57,352 nucleotides of DNA from Octopus sinensis (Eukaryota), in contig NW_021833613.1 in the NCBI RefSeq assembly GCF_006345805.1, positions 1 to 57,352 of the forward strand, read 5' to 3'. The notes below the pieces were generated by a model. That model ran no database searches. It saw only the letters and a program-made list of their open reading frames with translations, and was not told the origin of the DNA. This document shows positions 1 to 12,949 of this stretch, piece by piece (within the stretch, counting starts at the first letter, position 1; each line of letters starts with the position of its first letter). The position numbers were made by a program, and so were the translations under genes.

Positions 1-1780
1 CCTTTCACCCTCTCTCTTCATCGTCACCTCCTCCCTCGATACCCCACCCGTACCCATTCCAACCCTATCATCCGTATACATCCCATCCCACCCCACCCCA
101 TCCCTTACACCCACTTCAACATACACCATCCCTACACCACCCTTGCTTCCCCTACTCTCGCCTTCCCCACACCCCAACACCACCATAATAAAACACCAAG
201 AAATAAAATAAAACAAGTAGGGCAGAACACCATATAAAATAAAATAATCCAGCAGGGTAAAACACTATATCCTTTTGTTAAAATTACATTCTTGATAATC
301 TTCCTGATTACCTTAAATTTCAACTTTATACAATAAGACAATATTGTTTAAAATGATCTTTAGAAATTAATTGATTTATCTCTTTCTTAAATGGCTCTAC
401 CCTCCTGATCTTAGTATTTATAAGGGCCTTTATATAAATAACCCTTCTAAACAAGTACCACTATGAAACTATAAATATCATGTAGGGAGTAACAATAATA
501 ACTTATTATTATATATATGTAGGGAGTAACAATAATAACTCTTAGTTTTTGAAAAACGATTAATGTAAAATACGAATGTTCTATAACTTAAATATTCCAT
601 CAGTCGTTTATTGAAGTTAGTTAAATAAGTAAATATATAATTTTTAGTCAAATATATTTTGAATTTTTATACTTTTTCCATAAATCTCCTCTATTGGTAT
701 TAATAAGCTACACATACTTTACCATAGCATTAGTAATTAAGCTATTTTATTCCTTTTCTATGGTGTTCTGCCCTACTTGATTATTTCATTTTATTTCTTT
801 ATTATTTTATAATTAGCCTTTATTTATTTATAAAATAATTCTAAAGTTTTGTATCCCTATAAGTTCATACTTAGTTTATATAAAACTATACTGGTATATT
901 CACTACTTATAAAAACTGCTGAGATTATAATTTCATTAATATATAATTAGCGTGTCCTTTTACCTCAATACTCCTTTATTAATACCAGTATATTCAAAGT
1001 AATCAATATTCACAGGTACCATCTGATGAGTTAGTATTTAAGTGTACAATATGTATAAATATTAAGCCATTTCTGGATAATTTCTTTTCCTCCCTCTATT
1101 GTGGTAAAAGTTTGGTATATACTCAAAAGTATTCATAAATTTCCATCCTTTTATTATAATATTCTTCTTAATAATCCTCTGAATAATCCTAAACTTTAAC
1201 TGTATACAATATAGCAACATTGTTTAAAATATTTAACTATAGTACAACATGATAAAACTTCCCCTGTTTCATTATCAATTGGTATGCTAGTGGGCAACCC
1301 CCTTAATTGTCAGCTAACATCTTGTTTTAAGTTTTCCTTTACCAAACCTCATGATATTGCTTCTAATATGTTTTGATTTTTATGACTATACCAACTATGA
1401 TTTCTGTCTACTCCCTCAGCCCTACCTCTAACAGATACTGCACTTTGTTCTCTCAGCCTTAGATATACAAGGATTTGATAAACTAGTCTATAAATTAAAA
1501 CTGACCCCATAAAAACAAAAAAAATCAGTGACAGGTAGAGTCTGTAACAATACATATCTTCTTGTAACTTAGTAACGTCTATGCTGAAGTGAAGCCAGCA
1601 TGTTCTTTGTCCATCTCCTTAAATTCTTGGAGATTTTAGGTATAATTAAACTAATGTGTCCATCTGTTCTTATTTAATTAAATTCTATGTCTTTGTGAGG
1701 ATTGCATTGTTCAATTAAATGCGTGGATGAAACGATTGTACTGCATTACCTCTGGATATTCCTTGTTGCTTATTTTGATT

Positions 1781-1782
<2 letters not shown>

Positions 1783-1843
<61 letters not shown>

Positions 1844-2520
1844 TATATATATGTGTGTATATATATGTATATATATATATATATGTATATGTATACATAT
1901 ACATATATATATGTATATGTATATATATATATGTATACGTTTATATATATATCATATGTATATATGTATATATATATATATTTATATTGTTATATATATG
2001 TATATGTATATATATGTATATATAAATATCTGTATTATATGTATATGTATATACATATATATTTATATGTATATATATGTATATGTATATATATATATTT
2101 ATATGTATATATATATTATATATATATGTATATATATGTATATATATATATTTATATGTATATGTATGTATATATTAATATGTATATGTATGTATGTATA
2201 TATTTATATGTATATGTATGTATGTATTTATATGTATATATATATATATATATTTATACTTATATATATATATAATTTATATGTATATATATTGTATATA
2301 TATATTGATATGTATATATATATATATATATATATAGTTATAATATATATTTATATGTATACATGTATATGTAAATATATATCTATATTGTATATATGTA
2401 TATATATAATATATATATATCTATATATATAATATATAATATATTATTATAATATATTATATATATATTATATATATATATGTTAGTGTGTGTGTGTGTG
2501 TGTGTGTAAAAATATATGTA
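1783..2520. repeat. Long (TA)n/(TATG)n compound microsatellite
   Basis: Directly visible; explains the YI/IY-repeat ORFs at 1702-2432. Confidence 0.97.
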
Positions 2521-2559
2521 TATATATGTATATTTATATATCTATGTATATGTACATAT

Positions 2560-2667
2560 ACATGCATATATGGGTACAGGACACACACAAAAAAAAACGT
2601 GGAACACAAGAGAAACGAAAACATAAAAACAAAAACATAGAAACGAACTTTTTTCGAACAACGAAGC
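2560..2667 (-). repeat. Partial copy of dispersed repeat 'family A'
   Basis: atatgggtacaggac...gaacttttttcgaacaacgaa matches 10620-10710 and the reverse complement of 10870-10965. Confidence 0.8.
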
Positions 2668-2914
2668 ATTGTAGTATTTTGTGACAACCACTAACACAAC
2701 CAAGCTTTTACATGTTACTTTTGACAATCTTTTTCTAAAAAGTGAAACCGGTAAATTAAATAAACATCTTTGAAAATTGCATTTTCAAACCTTCTTTCAT
2801 ATATCATTCCACTCGTGCGGTACCTTACAACTCCACTTTGTTATATATATAAAAGTAAAAAGTAAAAAGTAAAAGAGTCAAAAGGAAGAGTAGGTACGGT
2901 TAGGCAGCTTTTTA

Positions 2915-3036
2915 ATCGCTACGAATGTTTCGATACATACAGATCATCGTATATACAGGATTTGAAGTTAAGTTTAAATTAAATCATGTAACAATTTACC
3001 TCTATAAGGAGATCTATATGTATCTCCTCAGGCGAC
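2915..3036 (-). ncRNA. Type I hammerhead ribozyme motif H1, intact core, long stem II
   Basis: Minus strand: stem I UCGC/GCGA; core CUGAGGA (3031-3025); 14-bp stem II GAUACAUAUAGAUC/GAUCUGUAUGUAUC (3024-3011 with 2945-2932, one G-U, 65-nt loop); GAAA; 2-bp stem III; GUA triplet with predicted cleavage between 2920 and 2919. Confidence 0.75.
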
Positions 3037-4299
3037 ACTCCATAAGTAAATTTAGATTTCCATGCTACAACATCCATGGCTTCTTTGAAACTAACAAACG
3101 CGGGCGGTTTCAATTCGCTCGGTATGCGTGTGTTATCACGTTCGACATTAGCTGCAATGTGCACGTTGTCTTTTTATTTATTCACTTTCAACATGTTATT
3201 CTGCACATGCCAAACTGTTCTATTACGCAAAATACATTCATCCATTAGCTCATACTTATACAATCACTTATACAGAATCAAAAAGCCGCCAGATAAACAT
3301 AAGAATACGATCAACTGCACATTTTGAACGCCAGTATATAGTTACAATCCTTTACTTTATGAGTTCAGATTTTTCTAAGATCAACTTACATTTTTTTCAT
3401 TTAATGTTTCCATAAAACACCCTAGATTCATTATATATTTCTAAAATGTATCTAATTCCTAAATGGAACCACAAGAGATATGTACTTAAGTCATGTTACT
3501 TATTAGATAGCAAAACTCTTTGCTCAACTTGAAAACTTAGTGCGTTGAGCGTAAATATACTCGGCAGAAATTTATCACTCTGTAAATTAATTACATACCT
3601 GTGAAATTTTCCAATGTCATTATTTTAAACTTCCTTATCAGTGAATTATTTTCACGCCCTAAAATATATCCTTTCAAAGCCACTCTACGATCTGGAATGC
3701 ATATAAACCAGGCATTCTTATTTGGGTGTGTGAGAATATGAAATGTCGTCTCGAATGTTGCTTTCTATAAATAAATGAATATAAATTCCTTATGATTTTC
3801 TTCCTAGTCCAGTTTCTGTTTATCCACATGTAAAGAAAAGCCAAGTTATTGCTTGTTGTTGTAGTTAATGAGGACGATGATGATGGCTTCGGAAAGGTTG
3901 TATGAAGATATATTGAGCAATCATTTGGGAATCTGCTTTCATAAAAAAACTTAACAGTCGCTATATTAAACAATGCTTTTCCGTGGAGATCGGATAAGAC
4001 GGAAACATCTCCGGAATTGTTACCACACTCAGCATATACCAGACTAACTCTTCAGTTCATTTCACCATTTAATTTCTAATAAATTTGAATGTTGGAGCTC
4101 TCCCTATTCATTTGTATGAAAATTTGATGAGTGTAAGTTAAGAGTATGAGTAACAGGCCGATTGACCTTTTGTATATACAGCTTCTATAGGAATCTTTAA
4201 AGACGGATAGAAGTACAGTATATCTGCTGAAGGCTTTGTCGACTTGCAGTGATGTCACATATTCTTATTAAAGAGTATGAGTAAATATGAGCTCATATA

Positions 4300-4544
4300 T
4301 TTAATATGACTATGTGACCGACCAGACTATCAGGCGTTGGTCACAATGCGCTTTGCATCGTTTTGGCCTTCGAATGACGCCGCCTCGCTGGCTAGGCGAA
4401 CAGGCTAACATTCTCCTCTGATTGAAAGTGGGGCTGGAGTAACGTGAAATGAAGTGATTTGCTCAAGAACATAACTCGTTGCCCGGTCTGGGAATCGAGC
4501 CTACGATCTTGAGAGCAACAGCCTAACCACTAAGCCACGTGCCT
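4300..4544 (-). mobile_element. tRNA-headed SINE (family 3)
   Basis: Minus-strand head aggcacgtggcttagtggttagg...ggctcgattccc with pol III A/B-box-like motifs, followed by a non-tRNA body. Confidence 0.7.
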
Positions 4545-4584
4545 AAGCATATTTAACGTAGTGATCCTAAAAATATACTAGCAT

Positions 4585-4862
4585 GCGAAGGCATGGCTGT
4601 GCGGTAAGAAGATTGCTTCCCAACCATGTGGTTTCGGTTTCAGTCCCACTGTGTGGCAACTTGGACAAGTGTCTTCTGGCCAACCAAAGCCTTCTGACGG
4701 AAACTGATAAAAGACGGAAACTGAAAGAAGCCCGTTGTACATACATATATACATACATACATAAATACATACATACACACACACACACACATACATACAT
4801 ACATACATACATACATACATGCATACATACATACCTCACACACACACATACACACACACACT

Positions 4863-4920
<58 letters not shown>

Positions 4921-5160
4921 AATATATACATATTTATGTGTGTCTTTGTGTCCTGTATTTGTCCCCCATCACCGCTTGACCACTGGTGTTGCTGTGTTTA
5001 CGTCCCGTAAACTAGTAGCTTGGCAAAAGAGACCGATAGAATAAGTACCAGGCTTAGCAATAAAACAAGTACTGTGGTCGATTCATTCGACTAGAAACAT
5101 TGTTCGAGGCGGTGGCCCTGAGCATGGCTGCAGTCTAATGACTGAAACAAGTAAAAGACA
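4585..5160 (+). mobile_element. tRNA-headed SINE (family 2) with internal microsatellite
   Basis: Head ggcatggctgtgcggtaagaag...ggtttcagtccc, internal (CATA)/(CA)/(TA) tract, tail gactgaaacaagtaaaag. Homologous copies at 16866, 18410, 20097 and 27170. Confidence 0.85.
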
Positions 5161-5277
5161 GAAAATAAGTAATTGAAATTAGAGCCGTTGTGAGATGAAA
5201 ATCATTACCGTTAATAACAATTGTTGTCAAGAAAAGCAAAAGAAAGCTCACTCGCTTTTCCACCACGCTAAAAAAAT

Positions 5278-6092
5278 AGTTTCAAATTTTGGCATTAGGC
5301 GAACTGCTTTAGAGAAAAGGGCATGTTGATTATATCTACCCCAGTGCTCAACTGGTACATATTTTATCGATTCTGAAAGAATGAAAAGCAATGTCAATCT
5401 CAGTAGAATTTGAACCCATGAAATAAAGAGTCGGAAAAATGCCGCCAAACATTTCGGGTCAACGTTTCTGCCAGCTCACTGCCTTCCCTCCCTTAAATAA
5501 TCCTTACTACTACAGATATATGGCCTGCAATTTGGGGAAGAGTGATAGGGAACTGCATATACATCAGTACTCTACTGGTACTTATATTATCGATCACGAA
5601 ATACTAAGTCGACCTCGGCGGAATTTGAACTCAGAATGTGAAGGCGGACGAAATACAGCTAAATATTTTGCCCGTCATGCAAACGATTCTGCCAGCTCAC
5701 CACTTTTCCCCACTCTTAAGAATCCTTTCTACTATAGGCGCAAGGAGATAGTCGATTAAATCGACCCTAGTACTTCACTAGTTCTTAATTTATCGACCAC
5801 GAATGGATGAAAGGCAAAGTCGACCTCGGCGGAATTTCAACTCAGAACGAAATACCGTTAAGCGACAGACAAAATACATATTTCTAAACACAAAGAGGAC
5901 AAACAAGGACAAACAAACGGATTAAGTCGATTATATCGACCCCAGTGCGTAACTGGTACTTATTTAATCGGCCCCGAAAGGTTAAAAGGCAGAGTCAACC
6001 TCGGCGGAATTTGATCTCACAACGTAACGGCAGACAAAATACAGTTAAGCATTTCACCCAGTGTACTAACGATTCTGCCTGCTCGCCGCCTT
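5278..6092 (-). mobile_element. Cluster of four tandem family-1 SINEs
   Basis: Four same-orientation copies of the ggcgagctggcagaatcgttagc...gttcaaattccgccgaggtcgac...aagtaccag consensus, at ~5278-5485, 5497-5703, 5718-5862 and 5880-6092. Confidence 0.85.
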
Positions 6093-6370
6093 CCCCCACT
6101 CTTAAATAATGTAATTAGATATCATGTGAACACTTGGATAAAGCAAAATGATTTCTTGCTATTCAAATAGACGAACTTTTATTGACACTATTCAACCATC
6201 TGGTTTCAATTTCTAGTCAAAACTTTCCATTCACTTTGTTTACGTCACTAAGGTCATTGACGAAAGCAAGAATGTCACATACTCATTTCTTTTTATAAAT
6301 CGAAGCCTTTCCGACTGAGTAATTAACGTTAAGATACAAAAGAAATATTGTAGAAAAATACGAAAATTTA

Positions 6371-6660
6371 TATGTATGTATATATGTGCGTATGTATGTA
6401 TGTATGTATGTATGTATGTATGTATGTATGTATGTATGTATGTATGTATGTATGTATGTATGTATGTATGTATGTGTGTGTGTATGTATGTATGTATGTA
6501 TGTGTGTGTGTATGTATGTATGTATGTATGTATGTGTGTGTGTGTATGTATGTATGTATGTATGTATGTATGTATGTATGTATGTGTGTGTATGTATGTA
6601 TGTATGTAAGCATGCATGCATGTATGTATGTATGTATGTATGTACGTATGTATGAGTGTG
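6371..6660. repeat. (TATG)n/(TG)n microsatellite
   Basis: Directly visible. Confidence 0.97.
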
Positions 6661-6677
6661 TGTGTATAATAAAAGAA

Positions 6678-6883
6678 GGAAAATGCACGCAGTTTACATA
6701 GTTTTAATATATTTTAAATGAAAGAGTATTGTGGTTGATACAGAAACATGGACTAAAACCTTCTTAAGAAAGTATGAAATCGTAATAATCTCAATGTCAT
6801 GATTGGCGAAAGCGAAACCGGCCGACAACTACAATACTCTTTCATTTAAAATATATTAAGACTATGTAAACTGTGCATTTTCC
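6678..6883 (+). repeat. ~60-bp inverted repeat enclosing degenerate hammerhead H2
   Basis: Arms 6678-6737 and 6826-6883. Motif UGUC-[cug missing]AUGA-uug-GC GAAA GC-GAAA CCGG C C-GACA at 6795-6827. Confidence 0.7.
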
Positions 6884-6940
6884 ATCAATTATATATAAAT
6901 TCTTTTTACTTTACAACTCACCATATGGGGATAATCGAAA

Positions 6941-7069
6941 ATGTCTTCCTCCTTTTTTTTACTATTATTATATATATATATGAATAGGTATATATTTAAT
7001 ATGTGTATATATATATATATAATTATATATATATATATAATTATAAATTTATATATATATATATATAAT

Positions 7070-7135
<66 letters not shown>

Positions 7136-7234
7136 CAAATAAGCAAGTAACAGGATGTCAGGTATTAATACAATACGACCATGTCTTCCTCCTTTTTTTA
7201 CTATTATTATAATATATATGAATAGTTATATATT

Positions 7235-7332
<98 letters not shown>

Positions 7333-7378
7333 CAAATAAGCAAGTAACAGGATGTCAGGTATTAATACAATACGACCA
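6941..7378 (+). repeat. Tandem duplication of a ~200-240 bp TA-containing unit
   Basis: atgtcttcctcctttttt...caggatgtcaggtattaatacaatacgaccat occurs twice, head to tail. Confidence 0.9.
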
Positions 7379-7482
7379 TTTTAGGCATTGAACAATGCAA
7401 GCATTACATCAGTTTAAAGTGCCATATATATATATATATATACCCTGCACTTTCAGTCACAACTGGTAGCGCCTTGATTATA

Positions 7483-7513
<31 letters not shown>

Positions 7514-7514
7514 A

Positions 7515-7877
7515 GAAGCACTCCGTTACGACGATGAGGGTTCCGGTTGATCCGAATCAACGGAACAGCCTGCTCGTGAAATTAACGTGTAAGTGGCTGA
7601 GCACTCCACAGACACGTGCATTCTTAACGTAGTTCTCGGGGATATTCAGCGTGACACAGAGAGTGACAAGGCCGGCCCCTTGAAATACAGGTACAACAGA
7701 AACAGGAAGTAAGAGTGAGAGAAAGTTGTGGTGAAAGAGTACAGCAGGGATCACGACCATCCCCTGCCGGAGCCTCGTTTTCGCTCAATAAACACTCACA
7801 ACGCCCGGTCTGGAAATCGAAACCGCGATCTTATGACCGCGAGTCCGCTGCCCTAACCACTGGGCCATTGCGCCTCC

Positions 7878-7878
<1 letters not shown>
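7515..7878 (-). mobile_element. tRNA-headed SINE (family 4)
   Basis: Minus-strand head ggaggcgcaatggcccagtggttagggcagcgg...ggtttcgatttcc with clear A/B boxes; GC-richer than flanks; bounded by TA/T tracts. Confidence 0.8.
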
Positions 7879-7910
<32 letters not shown>

Positions 7911-9661
7911 CATTGACATACATACATACATGTTTATACATACAAATGTGTGTGTGTGTATATATATATGTGTGTGTGTATATAAATAAAAGGAAGAGGA
8001 AGAGAGAGAAAGAGAGAAGGAAGGAATGAGTTTCTAGTATCATAATGAATTGTGCTACTCTATGCATTACTGTATATATAGTGCCACGGTGTTCATGCGT
8101 GATACTGTAAGCAATGCATCTAATATCTGGTTGAAATTTCGAACTCAAAATCGAAACTTGCTATCAGCTAAAGAAACAGTCTTCAATATTGTAGTGCTTC
8201 TGCTGCTTACTGTGGTGTCCATGAACCGATCTACATCTTTAGTTTACATTTTCGCAGCTACCTCGTGGAATAAAAACACCGCTTTTATTTCTCATTTACT
8301 TGCTACTTTATTCCAGTTCTACATTGTGTAACAGTTGTTGGGCAAATAATTTCTTATGTAAATCTCTCGGAAATCACATAATCTACACGCACATTCTCGC
8401 TTAATTCATTTTACTGATCCTCATGGCAGTTCAAATCTTCTAATTATCTGCAAATAAGCTATTTGATGTTGTGTCACGTATTTGGAGGGCTTAGGACAGG
8501 ACACCACTCTTTCTGTTGGCACACAACCATGCGAAATAGTTTCCCAAAGACAAAGCTAACAGGAAAAAGTTAAAAAAAGAAAAGAAAAGAAAACAAGCAA
8601 ACACAAAGACACAAAATACAAAACAAAGCAAAAAATATTGAATCTAATTAAATTCTTTGAAAATCTTACCGTTTTTCGTTATCTGTCCGAGTCTTTTCGG
8701 CAGCAGTATGATACGCAGATAGGTTCATAATTTATAATTTGTATTGCTATTCGCTAATTTGAAATGTGGTAACGAGAGAACTTTGGCGATTTAGCGAAAG
8801 CAGTAGAGCGCTGGGCTAAGTACTTTACAGTAATTATCTTCGATCTTATTCGTCATTTGTTCAAATCGTGATTGATTTTACTTAGGGATGTTTTTGAGCT
8901 GTTATTGCAGTTATTTAACCTTGATAGGACAGACTTATGACCAAAGGCGTTCTAGTGGTGACCAGCCCACGTTGTTTCCGTTATACTGTCCCTGATCAAG
9001 GCTTCATTATCCAATGTATTTCTTTTTAATGATAGTGTGGTTTGAGAGAATTTGTCTCTTCTTTTTAGCAGGTCGAGCAAACGTGTCAATCTACCTCTGT
9101 GACTCGATTGTAAAATGTAAATAAAATCAGATACTAGTTATACACTGAATCGATTAAATCTTTTATGGACCTTCCTTTATAAAACATGGTCTCGAACCTT
9201 AAAAAACATCATACTTCAGTCTTTTTTTTATTTTGAATTCAATTTCTACATGTAGCAGCTTTGCCGTGCGTCATCTCCCGCTTTGCACTAACTTATACAG
9301 ATAATGTAAGATGTCACTCTGTTATTGCCTATTGCACAGAAGATGATCATTTTGTCAGGAATCACTTTTTTTTTTTCTAATTTCTGTTGGTGAAGTGAAT
9401 GGAATGAAATGTATCATATAATCTTAATGCGTTTATCTAATTCAGTTTTCCTTTCACTTTCTGTTTTTCTTCGTCCGCTTAATGTCAATTATAAAGTTCT
9501 TAATTGTATATCTCTGCTATATCAATTTGAATATCTTGAGCACGAAATACTTAAGGCCTTCCAGGCGGTCGATGAAATTGACTATCCCTCCCCCCCACGA
9601 CGCCACCAAAAAATTCAGGCCTTGTGCCTATAGTAGGAAAGATTACTTACTTTATAGAAGA

Positions 9662-9860
9662 TGGTAAGCTGGCAGAATCGTTAGCACGCCAGACAAAATG
9701 CTTAATAACATTTCTGGCTTTACGATTTAAATTCGTATGCAGCCTAGATCGTCTCCACTTTTTATGCTTCGGGGTTGATAGAACAAGAACCAGTCGAACA
9801 CTGGGATTCATTTAATCGATTTACTCTTCACCTAAAAATGATGGCTTTGTGCAAAATTTG
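9662..9860 (+). mobile_element. Family-1 SINE, diverged
   Basis: ggtaagctggcagaatcgttagcacgcc head and body similarity to other copies. Confidence 0.75.
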
Positions 9861-10444
9861 CAACCATTTTTACTCCATAGAAGGAAGAGAAAGGCAGAAA
9901 AGATATATGATAAGTCATTATTGATCATAATCCAGCGAATTAATGAATTATCATGTAAACTTAATTCGAGATTTTACGTACCGAATGTAATATTCTTTAG
10001 AACAAATTTAAGTTATTTTCTTCCTTGCGAAAATATCTATGGCAGCTGTCTGTGCAATTACAGCTGCAGTTATATGGCAGTCCATTTCTTCAGGTTGTGC
10101 TATTTTAAGAGGGGAACATTTAACTCTGGCGATTTCCAGTGATAAATTCTGTACGTGAAAAGAATGAAGTGTATCATAATTTTTATGCATTTATTATTTC
10201 AATTTTCTTTTCTATTTTTATTCGCTTCAGTAATAAACCTTAACCTTTGCCCACATCTACTATTTTGATTTGAATGACTCTCTACAGCACGAAGTAACTG
10301 AGAGTATAAGGGTCTATTAAGTAAATCGTATCATTTACTACACGGAAGTAGAAGGAATCAGGCCTCTACAAAGACTTAACTCCTACAACATGACACAGTT
10401 ATTAGAAGTGCAATTCATTGCTCGAATCGTAGGCAGGCGTAGAC

Positions 10445-10558
10445 AGGCACAGTAATAGCTGTGTAGTTAAGAAACTCATCTTGCAGTCACATGGTTCCGG
10501 GTTCAGTTCCACTGCGCTGCACTTTGGGCAAGTGTCTTCTATAGCCCAGGGCCGATCA
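10445..10558 (+). mobile_element. Family-2 SINE, 5' part
   Basis: gctgtgtagttaagaaactc...gggttcagttccactgcg...ttgggcaagtgtcttct. Confidence 0.75.
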
Positions 10559-10560
10559 AA

Positions 10561-10613
<53 letters not shown>

Positions 10614-10618
<5 letters not shown>

Positions 10619-11098
10619 TATATGGGTACAGGACATTAAAAAACGTAGACAAAATGAGAAACGAGAACATAAAAACTGAACTTTTTTTCGAACAACGAAA
10701 GAAACAAACAGAGAAACGAGACAGGCAACATAAAGAACATTCCCTTCATCAGTTGTCCCCTGTTTCATCTACTCCGTACCTTCGAAACACAGAGTAGATA
10801 AAACAGGGGACAACTGATGAAGGGAATGTTCTTTACGTTGCCTGGCTCGTTTCTCTGTTTGTTTGTTTCTTTCGTTGTTCGAAAAAAGTTCGCTTTCTAT
10901 GTTTTTGTTTTTTATGTTCTCGTTTCTCATTTTGTCTACGTTTTTTTATGTCATGTACCCATATATGCATGTATATATACATATATATGTATATGTAGGT
11001 ATGTACATATATGTATGTATATATGCATATATTTATATATTATTCATATTATTATATGATCGAACGCCACGCATCCATTTCCAAGTAAGTCTTATCTT
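10614..11098. repeat. Family A long imperfect palindrome (arms 10614-10774 and 10792-10970, 17-nt spacer)
   Basis: catcagttgtcccctgtttcatctactc pairs with gagtagataaaacaggggacaactgatg; pairing continues ~160 bp; arms differ by substitutions and a ~14-nt indel. Confidence 0.92.
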
Positions 11099-11116
11099 AA
11101 TACATACATACATACA

Positions 11117-11147
<31 letters not shown>

Positions 11148-11814
11148 GCGACAACCGTTGTTTGTTTGTATACATCACTGTAATTTAGTGGGCTGGCAAA
11201 GTAGACCGATAGAATAAGAACCGAAAATAAACAACGTAAGAACTAGGGGCGATTTATTCGAATAGAACCCTTCAAGGTGGTGCCGCAGCATGACAGCAAT
11301 CTAATGACTGAAACGAGTAAAAAATATAAAAATAAATGTTCAGCGAGCCACGTTTGAGACATGGTGTTGATGTCACTGTGGTGACTTAATTTCTACTTGA
11401 GACGCTAAAGAAACCTTTTCTATGTTATTGAAACCTGATGGTGACAGTGGATGGGTTTACACAATAGATCTAGTTGTTATTTATTTATTCATTTTTTGCC
11501 TGGATACAAAAGTTCTGTTAAAACAGATGAAGATAAAGAGATGTTATGTTCATGTCTTGTCAAATAAAAAAAAAGCACGTAGATAAGATGAACTGAAACG
11601 ATATCGCTGGCTCTGGTTCAATTGGCCGAAAATTTCTTCTCTTTAGATGTGCGGTGCTCACAAGTATTGCAATATTGCAATTAATTTTGTTATTATTTTC
11701 AATATGCTATTTAGAAAATGGAAAATGAAAGGTTGTGAAGTTCATGAGATTCATCAAATCATTAGAGCTGTAAGTAGAAATAATACTTTAACAGAGGAAT
11801 AAAGCTGCATTATG

Positions 11815-12035
11815 ATAATGATTTCAAATGTTGGCACAAGTCTAGCAATTTCGGGTGAATGGGTCAGCCGATTACATTGACTCTAGTGTTCAACTGGTAC
11901 GTATTTTATCGACTTCGAAAGAATGAAACGCAAAGTTGACCTAAGCGGAATTTGAACCCAGAAAATGAAGATGGGCGAAATGTCGCTAAGCATTTCGCCC
12001 GGCGTGATAACGATTCTGAAAGCTGGTCGCCCTTT
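11815..12035 (-). mobile_element. Family-1 SINE
   Basis: Reverse-complement match to the family-1 consensus. Confidence 0.75.
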
Positions 12036-12069
12036 GCTGCTTTATAGTAATATTTGAAGTAATACAAAG

Positions 12070-12462
12070 TATACATCAATCAGTCAATCGATCACCTAGT
12101 TATCAATCAAGTAATCATCAATCATCAATGAGTTGTCATCAATAACCAACCAGTTGATCAAACAGCTGCCTATTATAAATCTCCTAACAAGTTATCAATC
12201 AAACAATCAACTAACTAACCACCAAATTCGAATCAGTCATCAGTCAAACATTCATCGATCGTAACTCAGTCAGTCACCAACCATCAATCAATCCACACTA
12301 ATCACCAATCAATCGACCAAACAGCTACCGATCATCCATCTGCTAACTAATCATCAATCAAGCAATCATGAACAACTAAGTACCAATCATCATTCAATCA
12401 TCAATGAAATAACCATCAATCATAAATCAATCAATTAATCGTCAATCTTCCAATCAATATTC
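12070..12462. repeat. Degenerate (AATC)-rich, G-poor minisatellite block 1
   Basis: Repeated atcaatc/accaatc/ctaacc motifs; shares a ~50-bp segment with block 2. Confidence 0.75.
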
Positions 12463-12649
12463 ATAGCGAGAGATATGAATTCATAGTAAAGGGAATCATT
12501 GATGTAATTTGTCATCTTCGATGTAATTTTCCATTTCACTTCACACTGTTTAGTATAATTCCATATTTTTTCGTTAAAACATCGGAAAGTATCTTTAGAG
12601 AAGAAAAAAAATAGAGAGAGAGAGAGAAAGAGAGGGGGTAGAGAAAGAA

Positions 12650-12680
<31 letters not shown>

Positions 12681-12949
12681 CTAAAATAGTGAATCAAGAT
12701 CAGGATGTTATAAAGATTTTTGATTGAAGCAAATTTTTGAAATTAATGTCTCCAAGAAACACGTTAATTTTAAAAACCGCCGTATAGTTATTCGTCCTCC
12801 ACTCCAGCATATTTATGTAGCTTTTCGTTCGTTTTTTAAGAAATCAATGTATTCAGTATTTTCGTTTTTAATTCATTCTTAGTTTTAAACAGAAACCACG
12901 AAAAAAATTTATAATACTAAGATAAAAAATTTCTTGTATTTTAATTTTA

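Noticed and set aside
1015-1060. CTGATGAG at 1023 as a hammerhead
   Set aside because: No stem II, GAAA or stem I partner downstream.
1100-1450. NUMT (TGA as Trp) or Polinton protease reading
   Set aside because: Only vague resemblance; no diagnostic mitochondrial or adenain motifs in a consistent frame.
1702-2432. Long YI/MY/HT/LSIY-repeat ORFs here and at 4567, 6240, 19063, 29518, 43240, 50729 and 53988-55979
   Set aside because: They are translations of microsatellites, not genes.
4585-7878. tRNA genes
   Set aside because: The tRNA-like heads lack a complete cloverleaf and continue into repeated bodies, so they are SINEs.
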